Positions 24,519 through 37,210 of a stretch of DNA of 64,000 nucleotides are shown one piece after another. The notes under the pieces were generated by a model. The model worked only from the letters and a program-made list of their open reading frames with translations, had not been told where the DNA came from and did no database searches. Source of the stretch: Octopus bimaculoides (Eukaryota); contig NC_068984.1 of the NCBI RefSeq assembly GCF_001194135.2, positions 61,695,633-61,759,632 on the forward strand, in the 5' to 3' direction. How positions within the stretch are numbered: the first letter of the stretch is position 1; the number at the start of each line of letters is the position of its first letter. The translations under genes were made by a program, and so were the position numbers.

Positions 24519-26472
24519 TATGTATATATATGTTTATATATACATATATATCTTTATATATATGTGGGTGTGAATGCATTTATGTTTGCATGTATATATG
24601 TTCTGTATGTAGATATATGCATTCACTCATACATACGTAAACATATATATTAAAACCCAAACAACCATGAAACACAACTTCACGATAATGTTGTTTATGT
24701 CCACCAGTAATCTGTCGTTTCGAAAAATTACTTTAAAATAATGATCTTAAACATTCCTAAAAGTAGGTGTGTACGTATGCGCATGTGTGTCTTTGTGCGT
24801 ACGTATATATGCTCGTATTTTGGCGCACCAATAGTTCAGTTCGTAAAAACAAGTGTCTCAATGGATTTATTGAGTTAATATTCATACATTTAATCATGAA
24901 TATAATGCGATATATGGAATGCAGTGCAAAACTAAACTGTATCTTAGGCACAAGATATAGATGTTCATGCAACTACAGACATTTCAATATATGTATATGA
25001 TTATGTATATTTATGCGTGTGTATATACACATATGTGTGTGTGTCTTTGTGTACGTACATACATGTGTTTGTATGTGTGTGTGCAGGTGTGTGCATACCT
25101 ATATACATATTGATATATACAAACATACTTACCTATATATGAGTGTGCTTGAACTTATAAATTTGTAATGAATATTTAGAATAAAGAAAAGTGAGATATT
25201 GATATGAATAAATGAAGAAGCTATACAATTCATATTTATTTTTATCTAAAACGGCAGCCAACGACTTTTCATCATGTGATATCTCAAGTTACCTCTACCG
25301 AATATATGGCTTCTGGAAGGAACTTAATCTTCTATTCTCAGAAGAATTTTCCAGCTCCGACTTCCACATTTTCATCTTTAAATTTAGCTCTCGGAAGCTA
25401 CATTGCATAGATATTTTTTCCATATTGATTCTATCGTAATTTTAGGTGTATTTATATTTTTAGCAAAACAAAAAAATATATATTTGTATGAAGTATTGTT
25501 AGGTTCAGATATGAATAAATGAAGCTCTACAATGCAGTTGTTTTTTCATATGAAACAAATCAAAATCATTTTATAATGTGAAAGTTCGATTTGGAAAACA
25601 AACATCCGTAAGAAATAGAAGTGGGTGTAAATGTTGAGATTGTTAACAAACAATCTTGTAGCTACATATATTGCAAAATACTGATAACTGACTGGCTCCT
25701 TTCTACTCAACACGACTTGGCGAACATCATCTGGATAGAAAATGACAATAGTGCCAGTTATGTATAACATACACGAACACGTTCGTACAAACACTTATGT
25801 GTATGTATGTGTATCTGTATGTGAGCGTGTAATAATATTATATTTCGGCTTGACTGCCAACAATGTAACAAAGATATACTTTGGTTGCATTGAGAGATGA
25901 GATAGAAATAAAATATGTTTGTGTGGAGTTCCTAATCTCAAATTATTATTTATCCTTAGAAAAAGCAAAGGGGTTGTTACTGCGAACGAGAAAAGAGAAA
26001 TATTTACACCATGTTAAACTACAGGTTTTGTAAGATGTTCGTGTCAAGAAGGACTGTAGCCATGAGTGGTATGGATTTCTGTAACTAGCAGGCTTAAATT
26101 GTGTCATGAGCAAGGACGTCGTCATAATCACAATCTTCGATGTTAAGTCGTGTAGTTACGGTACCAACGATTTTGGTTGATCGGTAACAACTAGTGAATT
26201 AGAGCAAAAACAATTTATATACGGCTAACTCGGTGCCCAAAAATATGAGGATACATTGCAAAGGGCAATGCCATATATTGTTTACCAGACTGGGATTTAT
26301 TGAGATAGACATTTGCTGGTCCTAAAGTTTTGAGTTAGTAGTTCTTTCATAAGATTACCATTCGTAGGCAGTTTCCTGTTTCTACGATTATTGGTTTTAG
26401 TTCTAAGCACCGTCATCCGGCTTTGAACGATTATGAGACATATTGTTGGTGTTTGGGGCACCAATAAAAATT

Positions 26473-27260
26473 TCTACTACATATGTGGGAAATTCTGTCT
26501 GTTGGTGTATTTCCGGTGTTGTTAGCTAACACTCCCTACATCATTGTATCGATTTTGATGAAACTTGACACATGTATAGAACTCCTGACTTGAAACCTCA
26601 TGACATACTCAGATTGTGGAAACAAAATCGATAATAGGGCCCCTGGAAGGGATCCTTATATATATATATATATATATNNNNNNNNNNNNNNNNNNNNNNN
26701 NNNNNNNNNNNNNNNNNNNNNNNNNNNNNNNNNNNNNNNNNNNNNNNNNNNNNNNNNNNNNNNNNNNNNNNNNNNNNNNNNNNNNNNNNNNNNNNNNNNN
26801 NNNNNNNNNNNNNNNNNNNNNNNNNNNNNNNNNNNNNNNNNNNNNNNNNNNNNNNNNNNNNNNNNNNNNNNNNNNNNNNNNNNNNNNNNNNNNNNNNNNN
26901 NNNNNNNNNNNNNNNNNNNNNNNNNNNNNNNNNNNNNNNNNNNNNNNNNNNNNNNNNNNNNNNNNNNNNNNNNNNNNNNNNNNNNNNNNNNNNNNNNNNA
27001 CGTTATTTGAATTCCTACAATCGGGTAACTAATTTCATGTTATTACATAACTGACATCACAATTTAGGTATTCATAACTTATTGAGAATTCCTGAAAACA
27101 AGATCCTGTGTAAGACAGTCGGTATTTTCAGTAAATGTACAAAAACTGTTTTAAGGGCTACGTACTTTGTATTGTTGTTATTGGATTAGCAAAACAATTA
27201 TGACCACTGAACCAAGGGATAAGCCTCGCTTTGTCGCAGATTACCGGGTGCATCAGCTAG
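26473..27260 (+). mobile_element. Non-autonomous Helitron, copy 2 (spans gap 26678-26999)
   Basis: 5' TCTACTACATATG..., 3' ATTACCGGGTGCATCAG-CTAG|T; both ends align to the reverse complement of 10471-11324. Confidence 0.75.
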
Positions 27261-29909
27261 TGTATATGTGTGTGTGTGTTTGTGTATATATTCATGTATG
27301 TGATATGTGTGTGTGTGTTTGTGTATATATTCATGTATGTGATATGTGTGTGTGTGTACACACCTATATAGATACGAGCACACACATATGTAAACATGTG
27401 TATGTAAATATGTATGTTTATGTGTATGCATACATGTAGACAAATTTGAGCTAAGAAAAATAGATTAATAGAGTGGTTGCGAAAGTTGAATTAAACTATA
27501 TTAAATAACAAGCAGAATGTACTCGTGGTGTATTAAAGTCAACTGTGGTGCGAGTAAATGTTAACAAGCACCTAGTGAGAATTACTACTCAGAACGAGTA
27601 TAGAAGTTAATCTGATGAATGAAAAATTTTTGCGGAACTAATATGCCAATGAGCAAAAGTGGAGTATTTATTTATTATGTCCTGTTAGAATCTGCATGAT
27701 GCAGAGACAAAATATATGGCGACATAACTGGATAAATAGATACAATTTTACAATCTAGTGACATATCTGTTTAGATTTAAGTAAACATGATTTTGATACA
27801 GATATAATTTTTAAACAGAACTCTTTTACTTATCCCTTCATCTTAAATAGTTTATTTTATTAGAGATTTATGATTTTATTAATGCAAGCAGAAAAGTCCT
27901 GATCCTATATTGCCTGTGGATAATGCATTATTTTATTTATATTAGAATATTTGCTATTCTGATTTTGCTGAGGATTTCGGATTTTAACTTAATTTATATG
28001 CAGTCTAGCCTAGTAATAAGATAAGAAATGTTTATAGTAATATATGTTTTTAAAGTTTCTATGTTAATTTCGAATAAAAACAGTAGAAAGACAATAGAGC
28101 AATAATGAAAATATATTTAATATCTTAATGCATTTATCTTGTACATATACAACAGAATAAGTAAAAAATAAGATAGTATTCTATTTAGAAATTAAAGAAT
28201 TCTGCTTTATTCATAATTTACATGACAATCACATACAAACTAAAACACAATCACACATATTCTGATTATTACTTGACGCAAGTATCTGGAATGTATGCGA
28301 CGACTATAAGGATGGTTAAATAACAATAAAAATGAAGAAATGTGTGTGTGACTAAACAAATAATTGGATGAGTAAACGATATTCTGTAACAAAATAACAA
28401 ATAACAGACTACTGAATGCCATGTTCTTAATATTTATTTCCAGTGCAAGTGAACTGAAATGAGACGGACTGATTTCAGTTCTAATATACGCCATAGCAGC
28501 TAATTCACTCAATCAATGAAATATATATATTAATTAAGTTCCTTGCGCATGGGATTACAAAATTGGACTACCATATTAAAGGAATTTGTGACTGTATCAT
28601 TATATAAATGCATAAATATAAATATAATAATACAAGCAATAACATATGCATGTATATACACAGGCACACTCGCAAAAGTGGATATAAGCATAAACATATA
28701 TATCTATAAGTATATATATTCACAGTTAATTATATATATATATAAGATCCAAGGATCGAGGTGTAAGAAGGTTAGTTTCAAGCAATCCGTAGTAAATATA
28801 TATAAAAATCAACAACATTCAGGGACAATAGTGGTTTATTGACACGGAAGGATGTGGATTGTTTTCTTATCGAACTACAATAAATTGTTAAAAGTTATTT
28901 ATATTTCACGGTATGTAACTAGGATTGCGGGGTATGCAAATAAGAATACAAGGAATGAAGTAGACAAGACTGTATATGCCCATCTTCAGGTGAATAGAAT
29001 CGAATGCCTTGCGAAACGATATTTTGATCCTCCATATTTTATACATATGTCGCAAACCGAAAAATAAATCAGTACAGTTAAGGTGCAGAATCTCATAAAA
29101 AGATAAACTTTAACAATTACTATCTCTTATGCCTTTCACTGTTCCACTTCAAGGAGAACCAATGACACATCCTGAACTACTTCAAAACACAAAATAATCC
29201 TAAAATCTGTTATTTTGCAGACTTAACTTTAGATGTATATACCACTACCAGAGCTTGCATAATGCAGTACAACATGACATAGTCAGTGGTACAAAGTTCA
29301 TAGCCGTATAATGCATTCTCAGTATCATGCTGTTTTTATGGTTGGAAAGGACACTAGGCATCATACTATGCAATGACAACGTCATTAACAAGCACTCTGA
29401 ATGTGTTTAAAAATGTAACCACGAGCTCGATTTGGAATTTAGAAGAAACCATTGATATTTAACAGTATGTGAAACACTTATTTAGTCACTCGTGTATCAA
29501 TTATTTTTCTGATTTATTATATTGTCAAATTGGAAAATAACTATGTGTGCATACAGTTGTTTGTCTAAAAGTGTGTACAAATATAGGATCAATGAATTTG
29601 TTACTACTTATTGATATAAATATTTACGATGTGTAATTATAGAATGAATATTGAATGTATTTCTATAGAAGTATTATTACATGTGAACGGACATATAACA
29701 ATATGTAAAACTAGGTCTGTCCTAACAAAATTTATAAGTTCCCCTATACCTATTCTTTTTATAATAATATTAAATTCATAATTCTAAATGAATTGATGTA
29801 AATATGAAAAAACATTAATATGTGAGTGTATTTGTAGTTATCCTAAGTAGGGTAGCATAAAGGTGTACGCATTGATGAAAGTGAAAAGTGTGAGTTTATG
29901 TTGGCATAA

Positions 29910-29910
<1 letters not shown>

Positions 29911-29940
<30 letters not shown>

Positions 29941-29980
29941 TGCATGTATGTATGTATGTATGTATGTATGTATGTATGTA
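29911..29980. repeat. (TATG)n microsatellite
   Basis: Direct run. Confidence 0.95.
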
Positions 29981-30001
29981 TTTAAATACGGATATATGTA
30001 C

Positions 30002-30601
30002 TCTAATCTAAATGGCAAGTTTATGTGTTTGTGAATTTGTTTTAACTCCTCCGAGACTGTACAATAGACCTCGATGAAACTTAACACGTGTGTGGGGCGT
30101 ATGCCCATGCGGTCACTTACCCACTTTAAACTTTTAGAAAATCGATTTTTAATTAGTATCAATTTTTCAAAAATCGTAAAATTTCGACATTTTTGGCACT
30201 AGCCATCGTGACATCAATTTGACGAAACATGATTAAATTTGACGAAAGATTTTTCATTTCAATGCGAATTGTTTTGATTTGCTAAAACTTATCTTTTCAA
30301 TTCGTTGTTTTTATCCCACAGCGTTTCCGGTTTTGATTAGGTAAGAGCATTTTATATATAAAGTTTAGGCATTTTGCGCACTAGCCGTCGTGACATCAAT
30401 TTGACGAAATCTGCCCCAAAGCGCAAAATTTTGCCATTTTACGCACTCGCTACCAGACTCTGTTCATATTTTCGCCAAATTGGTTCTACCCATTATTATA
30501 GATTTTAAGTTTTTAAAAATGTCGGAATTTGACGAAAAATGTTTCATCACTATAAACAGATATCTCAGTAACGGTAATTTATTACCGGGTACCTCAGCTA
30601 G
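30002..30601 (+). mobile_element. Non-autonomous Helitron, copy 3 (different body, shared 3' terminus)
   Basis: 5' TCTAATCTAAATGG..., shared motif GATGAAACTTAACACGTG, 3' hairpin CGGTAAT-TT-ATTACCG then GGTACCTCAG-CTAG|T. Confidence 0.65.
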
Positions 30602-30731
30602 TGTTAAATAAATGTATACATATGTATATATACGCGTGTGTGTTTGTGTGATCAAGTAAATTTGTTAGTTTGAAATAGTCTATCTTAATTAGCTTGAAAA
30701 ACAAGAATAGTGTTTTCTTTGTAAACTCCCC

Positions 30732-30735
<4 letters not shown>

Positions 30736-30779
<44 letters not shown>

Positions 30780-30835
30780 NNNNNNNNNNNNNNNNNNNNN
30801 NNNNNNNNNNNNNNNNNNNNNNNNNNNNNNNNNNN

Positions 30836-30898
<63 letters not shown>
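30736..30898. repeat. (CT)n microsatellite spanning a gap
   Basis: Direct run. Confidence 0.95.
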
Positions 30899-30900
<2 letters not shown>

Positions 30901-31899
30901 ATTTCTTACTCCGAAAGCAACTGTAGGTGGCTTCACCAACAGTCCCCAATCAAACAATTCTCCAGTGCCGAATCTGTATTTCTAAAATTAGGTCTACAAA
31001 GTTATAGGTTTTATTAACCTGCTGTGTTGAGGAAGTGAGAATATGTCATTTGTTTCCTTTACTTGGAACAGTGACACACACAAAAGATGGTAATTGTTAA
31101 AAGTTTATCTTTTTGTGACATTCTTATCCTTGAAGGTTCTTTTTATATTTTTACTGAAATATCAGACGAGTCTGTGGCTGAAAGTTCAATGAAGTTCAAC
31201 GATTTTTGACATTTGTATCTCTTTGTATGAGGAATACTAAAACTAGTATTTCGGTCTTGGTATAGGCAGAGTGTTTGACTGTATTCACTGAAAGATATGT
31301 ATCTACGGCTGTCGCTGATTGATATTAATGCAATGCTGTGTGTAATGTATATAGCTTTCAGCAATGAATAGCTGGTAATGACGCACTGAAACAATTGTAG
31401 TGATATGGAAATAAGGACAATTCAATCCATTTTGTGTTAATAGTTTTTATATATTACACGTGTGTATGCGTGCGTGCGTGTGCGTGTGTGTGCGCGTGTG
31501 TTTGTCTTTGTGTCTATTCACCTATTGTTGTTAAGTGTGTGAATGTACGCACACACGTCTATGCGTACCTGTGTGTGTGTGTGTGTAAGAACAAAGGTTG
31601 CTTTATATCATAAAATGATAACGATCAAGTAAACTTGGTTTCTGGACTTCGGTTTTGCTAACATGACCCTATAATTTTACCAAAATGCTAAACTGTAGTA
31701 GTCGCCACCATTTTAGTTTAAAACCTTGTGTAATTATGTGAGAACTACGATAGGCAGTTTGATCTGCGGTAAGTTCATTTGTAATTTCCTCAAAATTTGG
31801 ATTTCATGTACATATCATACGTGATGTTGATTGTTTAAATTACTTACGATAGTCTCATATTTTTGAAGTACTCTACTATATAACTCAGACTGTAAATGT

Positions 31900-32400
31900 G
31901 TTGAGGAGAGTATATCATCTGCCAGTCAGATCAGCATCTCCTGTAATGATTGCACCTAGCAGATTATTATACATGTCTGAACCTAAAGCTTATGGACCTT
32001 TTCGAATATACCGCAAGTCAGCAAACTAGACTTTTGCTCATTGACCTACACAAGACTGTTGGACAGTATCCATGACACAACATTTTATCTGATTCTGCTT
32101 TCTTAATTATACAAAAGAATACAATTGAAGACATATTGCTAGTCTGTTGCTTATTTGGTTGAGTTTTGTGATATGAACTGATTAAAATGAAAAGCATGGA
32201 TACATAATGCAGTCATACGCTCAATTGCATTCTGAAGACTCTGCTCGAAAATTTCTTACAATCATTCTATAAGTCTGATACGTTTCATCGACATTAGCAG
32301 GTATCATTACAAAAAGCTAAGTGCATATAAGTTATTTACATCTCTGGGAGTGTTTGTCAGTATGTACCTCAATAGAAATGTCTTCTGGCATTGTCCCAGC
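31900..32400 (+). mobile_element. Highly decayed LINE reverse-transcriptase remnant (RTE/CR1-like)
   Basis: KLMDLFEYTASQQTRLLLIDLHKTVGQ resembles the RT motif (L/F)IDxxKAFD; the rest is barely readable. Confidence 0.3.
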
Positions 32401-34975
32401 ATGAAATTACTCTCGAAGACGTAAAAATGATTGCAAATATATTGTAATCTGAAACTGCAGAGGAATGAAGAGTACGAAGAATAACAGCATCACGATTTTC
32501 TCTTCCGATATTAAACAATACTCTCTTATTGCCCCGTAAAAAATCTTACTTCCGAACCATAAAAATTGCAGACAGTATGGCGCATTACTTAATCGCATGT
32601 CTTGGTGCCCCCAAATTTTTTAACCACTCCATGAATCCTTAACGTGAAAGAGTCGGAGCAACAGTAGCAGCGTTTACAATCATGGCTATAACACTGTTGA
32701 ACGTCCGACAATTTTTCTAAAATACTTGAACAGTATGAACAATATATACATTTCCTTAAATAATTCTAACAAAGAATTTTATAGTGTACTTATAGATCGA
32801 AAAATACTAATTTAATTTTTACTCATTGATCCATACTCAACGTTCAGATGACTTCGGTAATTTATTGTGGAATTTCTCTAGAGGTTTTATTTCATTTAAA
32901 AGAGAAATTCACAAATTATTTCACACAAATTCCAGGAAATCGAAACTTTTCAATTCATTTCTACAAATTTATTTTTATTGATTATTGCATTGTTCATTAT
33001 TGTTAGAATACGCATGTAGTCGTCTTTTTGGTTGACAAATAAGAGTCTACTATTCACCATACATGCATACATACATACATACATACATACCTAAATACAT
33101 ACATACATACATACATGCACGCATACACTCACACACACAAACACACATATACATATACATACATATGTGTGTGTGTGGGGGTGTGTGTGTCTGTATCAGA
33201 TTTGGAACGGACTTAAATTCCGAAGTCCCTTGTACTAACCTTTCATTATTTCCTGTATTTCCTATTTTTACTGAGGAATTACCATGGATAATTGCTCTTC
33301 TTCCATTGTCGCTACATCTACAAGTTGTTCAGTCATATTCTCCAGAATATTTGCTATAAAATAGATAGAGAACAACTTTTCTTTAATATTAAATATGTTA
33401 TATTAAAACCCGACTGCATTCAAGATAGTTTTTTGTCAAATATTATGCGTATTTCCTTTCATTCCTATATGTTTGGTTTGAGACAAAACAATAGCCTTCC
33501 CAAATCAACTAGTCTGATTTTCGACTGTTTTACAATGTATATTCAAAGAAAGTTTTTCCTTCGACCATACGCACACACCTAGGCTTTTTCCGAAAATTTT
33601 GAAACTTACCATAAATGTTAATAAACACAATAGAGAAAATGAAATCATCATATCCATTTTTCTTGAATTTCAGTCATTGAACAAACTCTTATTTATTAAA
33701 CCGATTAAGTATTTTTTTCTATATGGTGTTATATCTACTAGCATGAATCATAAATCATTCGAATTATAATGTCGGAGTGTAAAAGAGTAATAAATATATT
33801 TTTATTAAAAATATTATGGGTCGAAGGACGAATAAGTGGAAGACATAAATCTTATTTTCTCATCTTTTCTAAATTTGTTTTGAAATAAACGGAAATATTG
33901 TTAGATGGTGTTATAGGTCTTGTAGATAAATTTAGAAAAATATAAGAACTAAATAAATCTATGTATATGTCTATACTCACTAAGAATTTATGGGTGATGT
34001 CGTACAAGACAGAAACATCCAGTTTTTGTATAATGTACTTCTGTATAGTACTTCATTTCCCTGTTTGAATTGCGTATAGAAACGATTGTCCATTTTCAAG
34101 AGACGATTTCATAGAAGTTAAATCGATAAACAACCCATTTCGTTCCCCAACCAAAACATATTCATTTCTATTGCACAAGGTCTTCAACAGCTAAATGGCA
34201 ACGATAATCACTGTCAGATGTTACTGAATGATATAAATTATGAATATCAAACTGGATCCATATCTAAAAGTATCTTCAATGGCTGTCGCATAAAACAAAT
34301 ACTCTCCTGGATGGAGATCTTGCAATCACGAACATATGTGTACTATCTAGAGCAATATTTTTATGTTATGTATATTACCATGCTATCAATCATAATTTAC
34401 ACAACTCGATTGATTACATTCCCCTGAATGTTGCCGTATCTTTCAACCAACACTCAAACGCATACGGTCGTGTGTGTTCATAGTTTGTTAGACACACTTT
34501 CCAGTCTACCCTGAATTATATGCCACACTGCTCAAACTGTCCCTCACTGATATTGTTTACGACGCTCATACACTCTAACTGCGGATCTACATTTCCCACA
34601 TGATGTTAGGGTCCGTCTACAGTGCGATTAGTAACCTCTGCTTATTATAATTAGCACTTTTAACACTATTCCCATGGAAAAGTTTGTACACATTTGAAAA
34701 TATCGCAGCACGAACAAGCTGTTTTATCAATGTATTGGCCGAACCTTTTATTCAAGTCTAATAACCTGGAACGAAACCCAAAGAGATTGCATTATCACGA
34801 AATGAAGAATTTCCTTACATCTGATTTAGTAGTAAACTTTGAATAGACCAGTGAATGTGTCCAGGAACTCTCATCTCCCGACAATCCTAATGGATCAAAT
34901 GATCTGAAATCGTTCAGCAGGTAGGCCAGCCTTCAGCAAATCCGTATTGCATAGATGTTTATCTGCCACTCATAA

Positions 34976-37210
34976 CACTGGTCAACAGCCAATTTTCATC
35001 AGGGATATTATATAGTGTTTTATGTGTAGTTTTGTCTGCAGATTTCAAAAATGTAATCGGTTTCCTTCTATCAGGCACAATTTTTCTGATGAGATAAGAG
35101 AGGTATATAACTACCATCAGCAGTATCGCTACACGCAAACGTCTGATACAGGTAAATTCTGACTTTCGTTTTATAACTATTTGTATTCATTTTGTAATTA
35201 AATGTTTTCATAATCTTTTCTTTTCATAAATTTTACTTTCTGTTTTAGGTGGCAAGTCATCATCATCATCAAATTCTAATCAGGATGTCAAGGCATTGCA
35301 AGAACAGTCCTGATATATTTTGTTATGTCTGTGGTTCATTTACCACCAAAGCTCAGCAACGTACCGTCACAAGTGAAATCAAGAGGATCTACCAGTTATG
35401 CTTTGGCTGCTCTCTCAAGATAAGAATTGGGCGCCGCACATTATCTGCTCAGCTTGTGCAAATAGACTAAGGGGTTGGCTAAATAAGAGGAAGAGAGCAA
35501 TACCGTTTGCAATACATATCATATGGAGAGAGCCAAAGCATCATTTCATGGACTGTTATTTCTGCAACGTTAATGTATGTGGGTTTACTATAAATACCAA
35601 GCATAAGATTGTGTATCCCAACTTGGAATCAGCAAGACGACCAGTACCACACAACGATGATGATCTTACTATTCCAATACCATCAGGAAATGGCCTTCAG
35701 ATGTCTGACGAAAATGCATTTCCTGAAGATAATACTACTAGTGTGGAAGACACCGAAGCGGATGTACATTTCACGATTGAAAATGAAGACGTACCACAGA
35801 AATTTTCTCAGGGAGAGTTAAATGATTTAGTCAGAGACTTGTCATTGTCGAAGGATAAAGCTGAACTATAAGCATCTCGCTTACAAGAAAAGTGTCTGCT
35901 TAAGAAAGATATTTGTATTACTCATTTCAGGAAGAGAAATAGGGATCTGACTTCACTTCATGCTTTTCTGTTGATGGGCCACTTTGTTTCAGTAATAACA
36001 CTGATGAGTTATTTCGCTGTTTGTTCCAAGAACATGTTCCAGTTGAATGGCGCTTATTCATTGATTCATGTAAGAGAAGCCTCAAGGCAGTACTACTACA
36101 CAACGGCAATAAGAAACCATCCATTCTCATAGGACATTCAGTGCACATAAAGGAGTGTTATGAAAACATGCAAGTACTCCTCAATGCTATAAAGTATACA
36201 AACTACAGCTGGAAAATATGTGGAGACTTGAAGGTGATTGGTATGTTGATGGGAATGCAATCTGGGTTCCCGAAATAGTGTTGCTTTTTATGGTTATGGG
36301 ACACTCGTGCAACTAACAATCACTATGTACAATCAGAGTAGCCTATGCAAAAATCATATGAGCCGGGAGTTTCTCGCGTGCAGAGTAAGCCACTTTTAAT
36401 CCCAGAAAATGTTCTTATTATCTCGCTTCACATAAAGCTTGGCGTCATGAAACAATTCGTGAAGACACTTGCCAGGAAGGACAAATTTCCAAAAGTCCCC
36501 GAAGCAAAACTGAAGGAGGGCGTATTCATAGGTCCTCAGATAAAAGAACTCCTGAAGGACAACCACTTCCTCACAGCACTGGAGGAGATTGAGCTTAAAG
36601 CATGGGAATGACTCTGTGAAAATTTCTTAGGCAACAAGAGATCTCTAGAGTTCAGAAATGGAGTGAAATGTCCTCTAGACTCCTACACTGCAATGGGCTG
36701 TCGGACGTCACAAAAAGTCTATTTCCTTGATTTACATCTGGACGTTTTTGAAGAGAACCATGGCGCAGTGTTTGATGAGGAAGGGGAACGCTTTCATCAA
36801 GATATTGCATGGATAGAACAACCATATCAAGGATTTTGGAATGCAAGAATGTTAGCTGACTACTGTTGGATGTCATACAGGGGTGAACCTGAGACAAAAC
36901 ACCATCGAAAGTCCAAATCCCAGCGATCTTAAGTTGTTATGCATTTGAGTGTATTCTAACTTATTTGTACACAATAATTTTAATTTTGTATAATAAAAAA
37001 CCATGAAATTATCGTATCTTGCATTGAATATGCTTTATATAGACATGCTTTATGTATTATATAAGTTAAAACAGCAGGTATAATTAACATGAAAATGTGA
37101 CCTGATCGAGGAACTCGGACTTCAGATTCGTAATCAGCATCACAAATTAACCCAGAAAAGTCAATCAGCAACTCTGATGATTTAAAATAGTTTCATTTTG
37201 TTGACCAGTG
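34976..37210 (+). mobile_element. Chapaev3-type DNA transposon, full length, defective
   Basis: TAA|CACTGGTCAACA ... TGTTGACCAGTG|TAA: 12-bp perfect TIR, 3-bp TWA TSD and CAC...GTG termini, plus degenerate subterminal inverted repeats. 2235 bp. Confidence 0.88.
35285..36932 (+). pseudogene. Chapaev-family transposase pseudogene
   Basis: MSRHCKNSPDIFCYVCG...WAPHIICSAC...WREPKHHFMDCYFC (N-terminal Zn finger); LNDLVRDLSLSKDKAEL; WRLFIDS...LKAVLLHNGN; CGDLKVIGMLMG; LHIKLG; EGVFIGPQI; DEEGERFHQDI; MLADYCW. In-frame stops at about 36276, 36339 and 36609 plus frameshifts. A GT-AG 5'-UTR intron lies at 35152-35248. Confidence 0.9.

Noticed and set aside
28840-29450. USP His-box-like fragments (GH*A...CNDNVI) on the + strand
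   Set aside because: Require several frameshifts and stops; on the opposite strand to the host exon; likely ancient repeat or chance.
33231-33360. TACTAAC branch point, pyrimidine tract and ccATGG followed by a 26-codon ORF
   Set aside because: No credible donor and a short low-complexity peptide.
34430-34960. Possible LINE RT remnant (QYGFAEG) on the minus strand
   Set aside because: A single weak motif; the remainder is unreadable.
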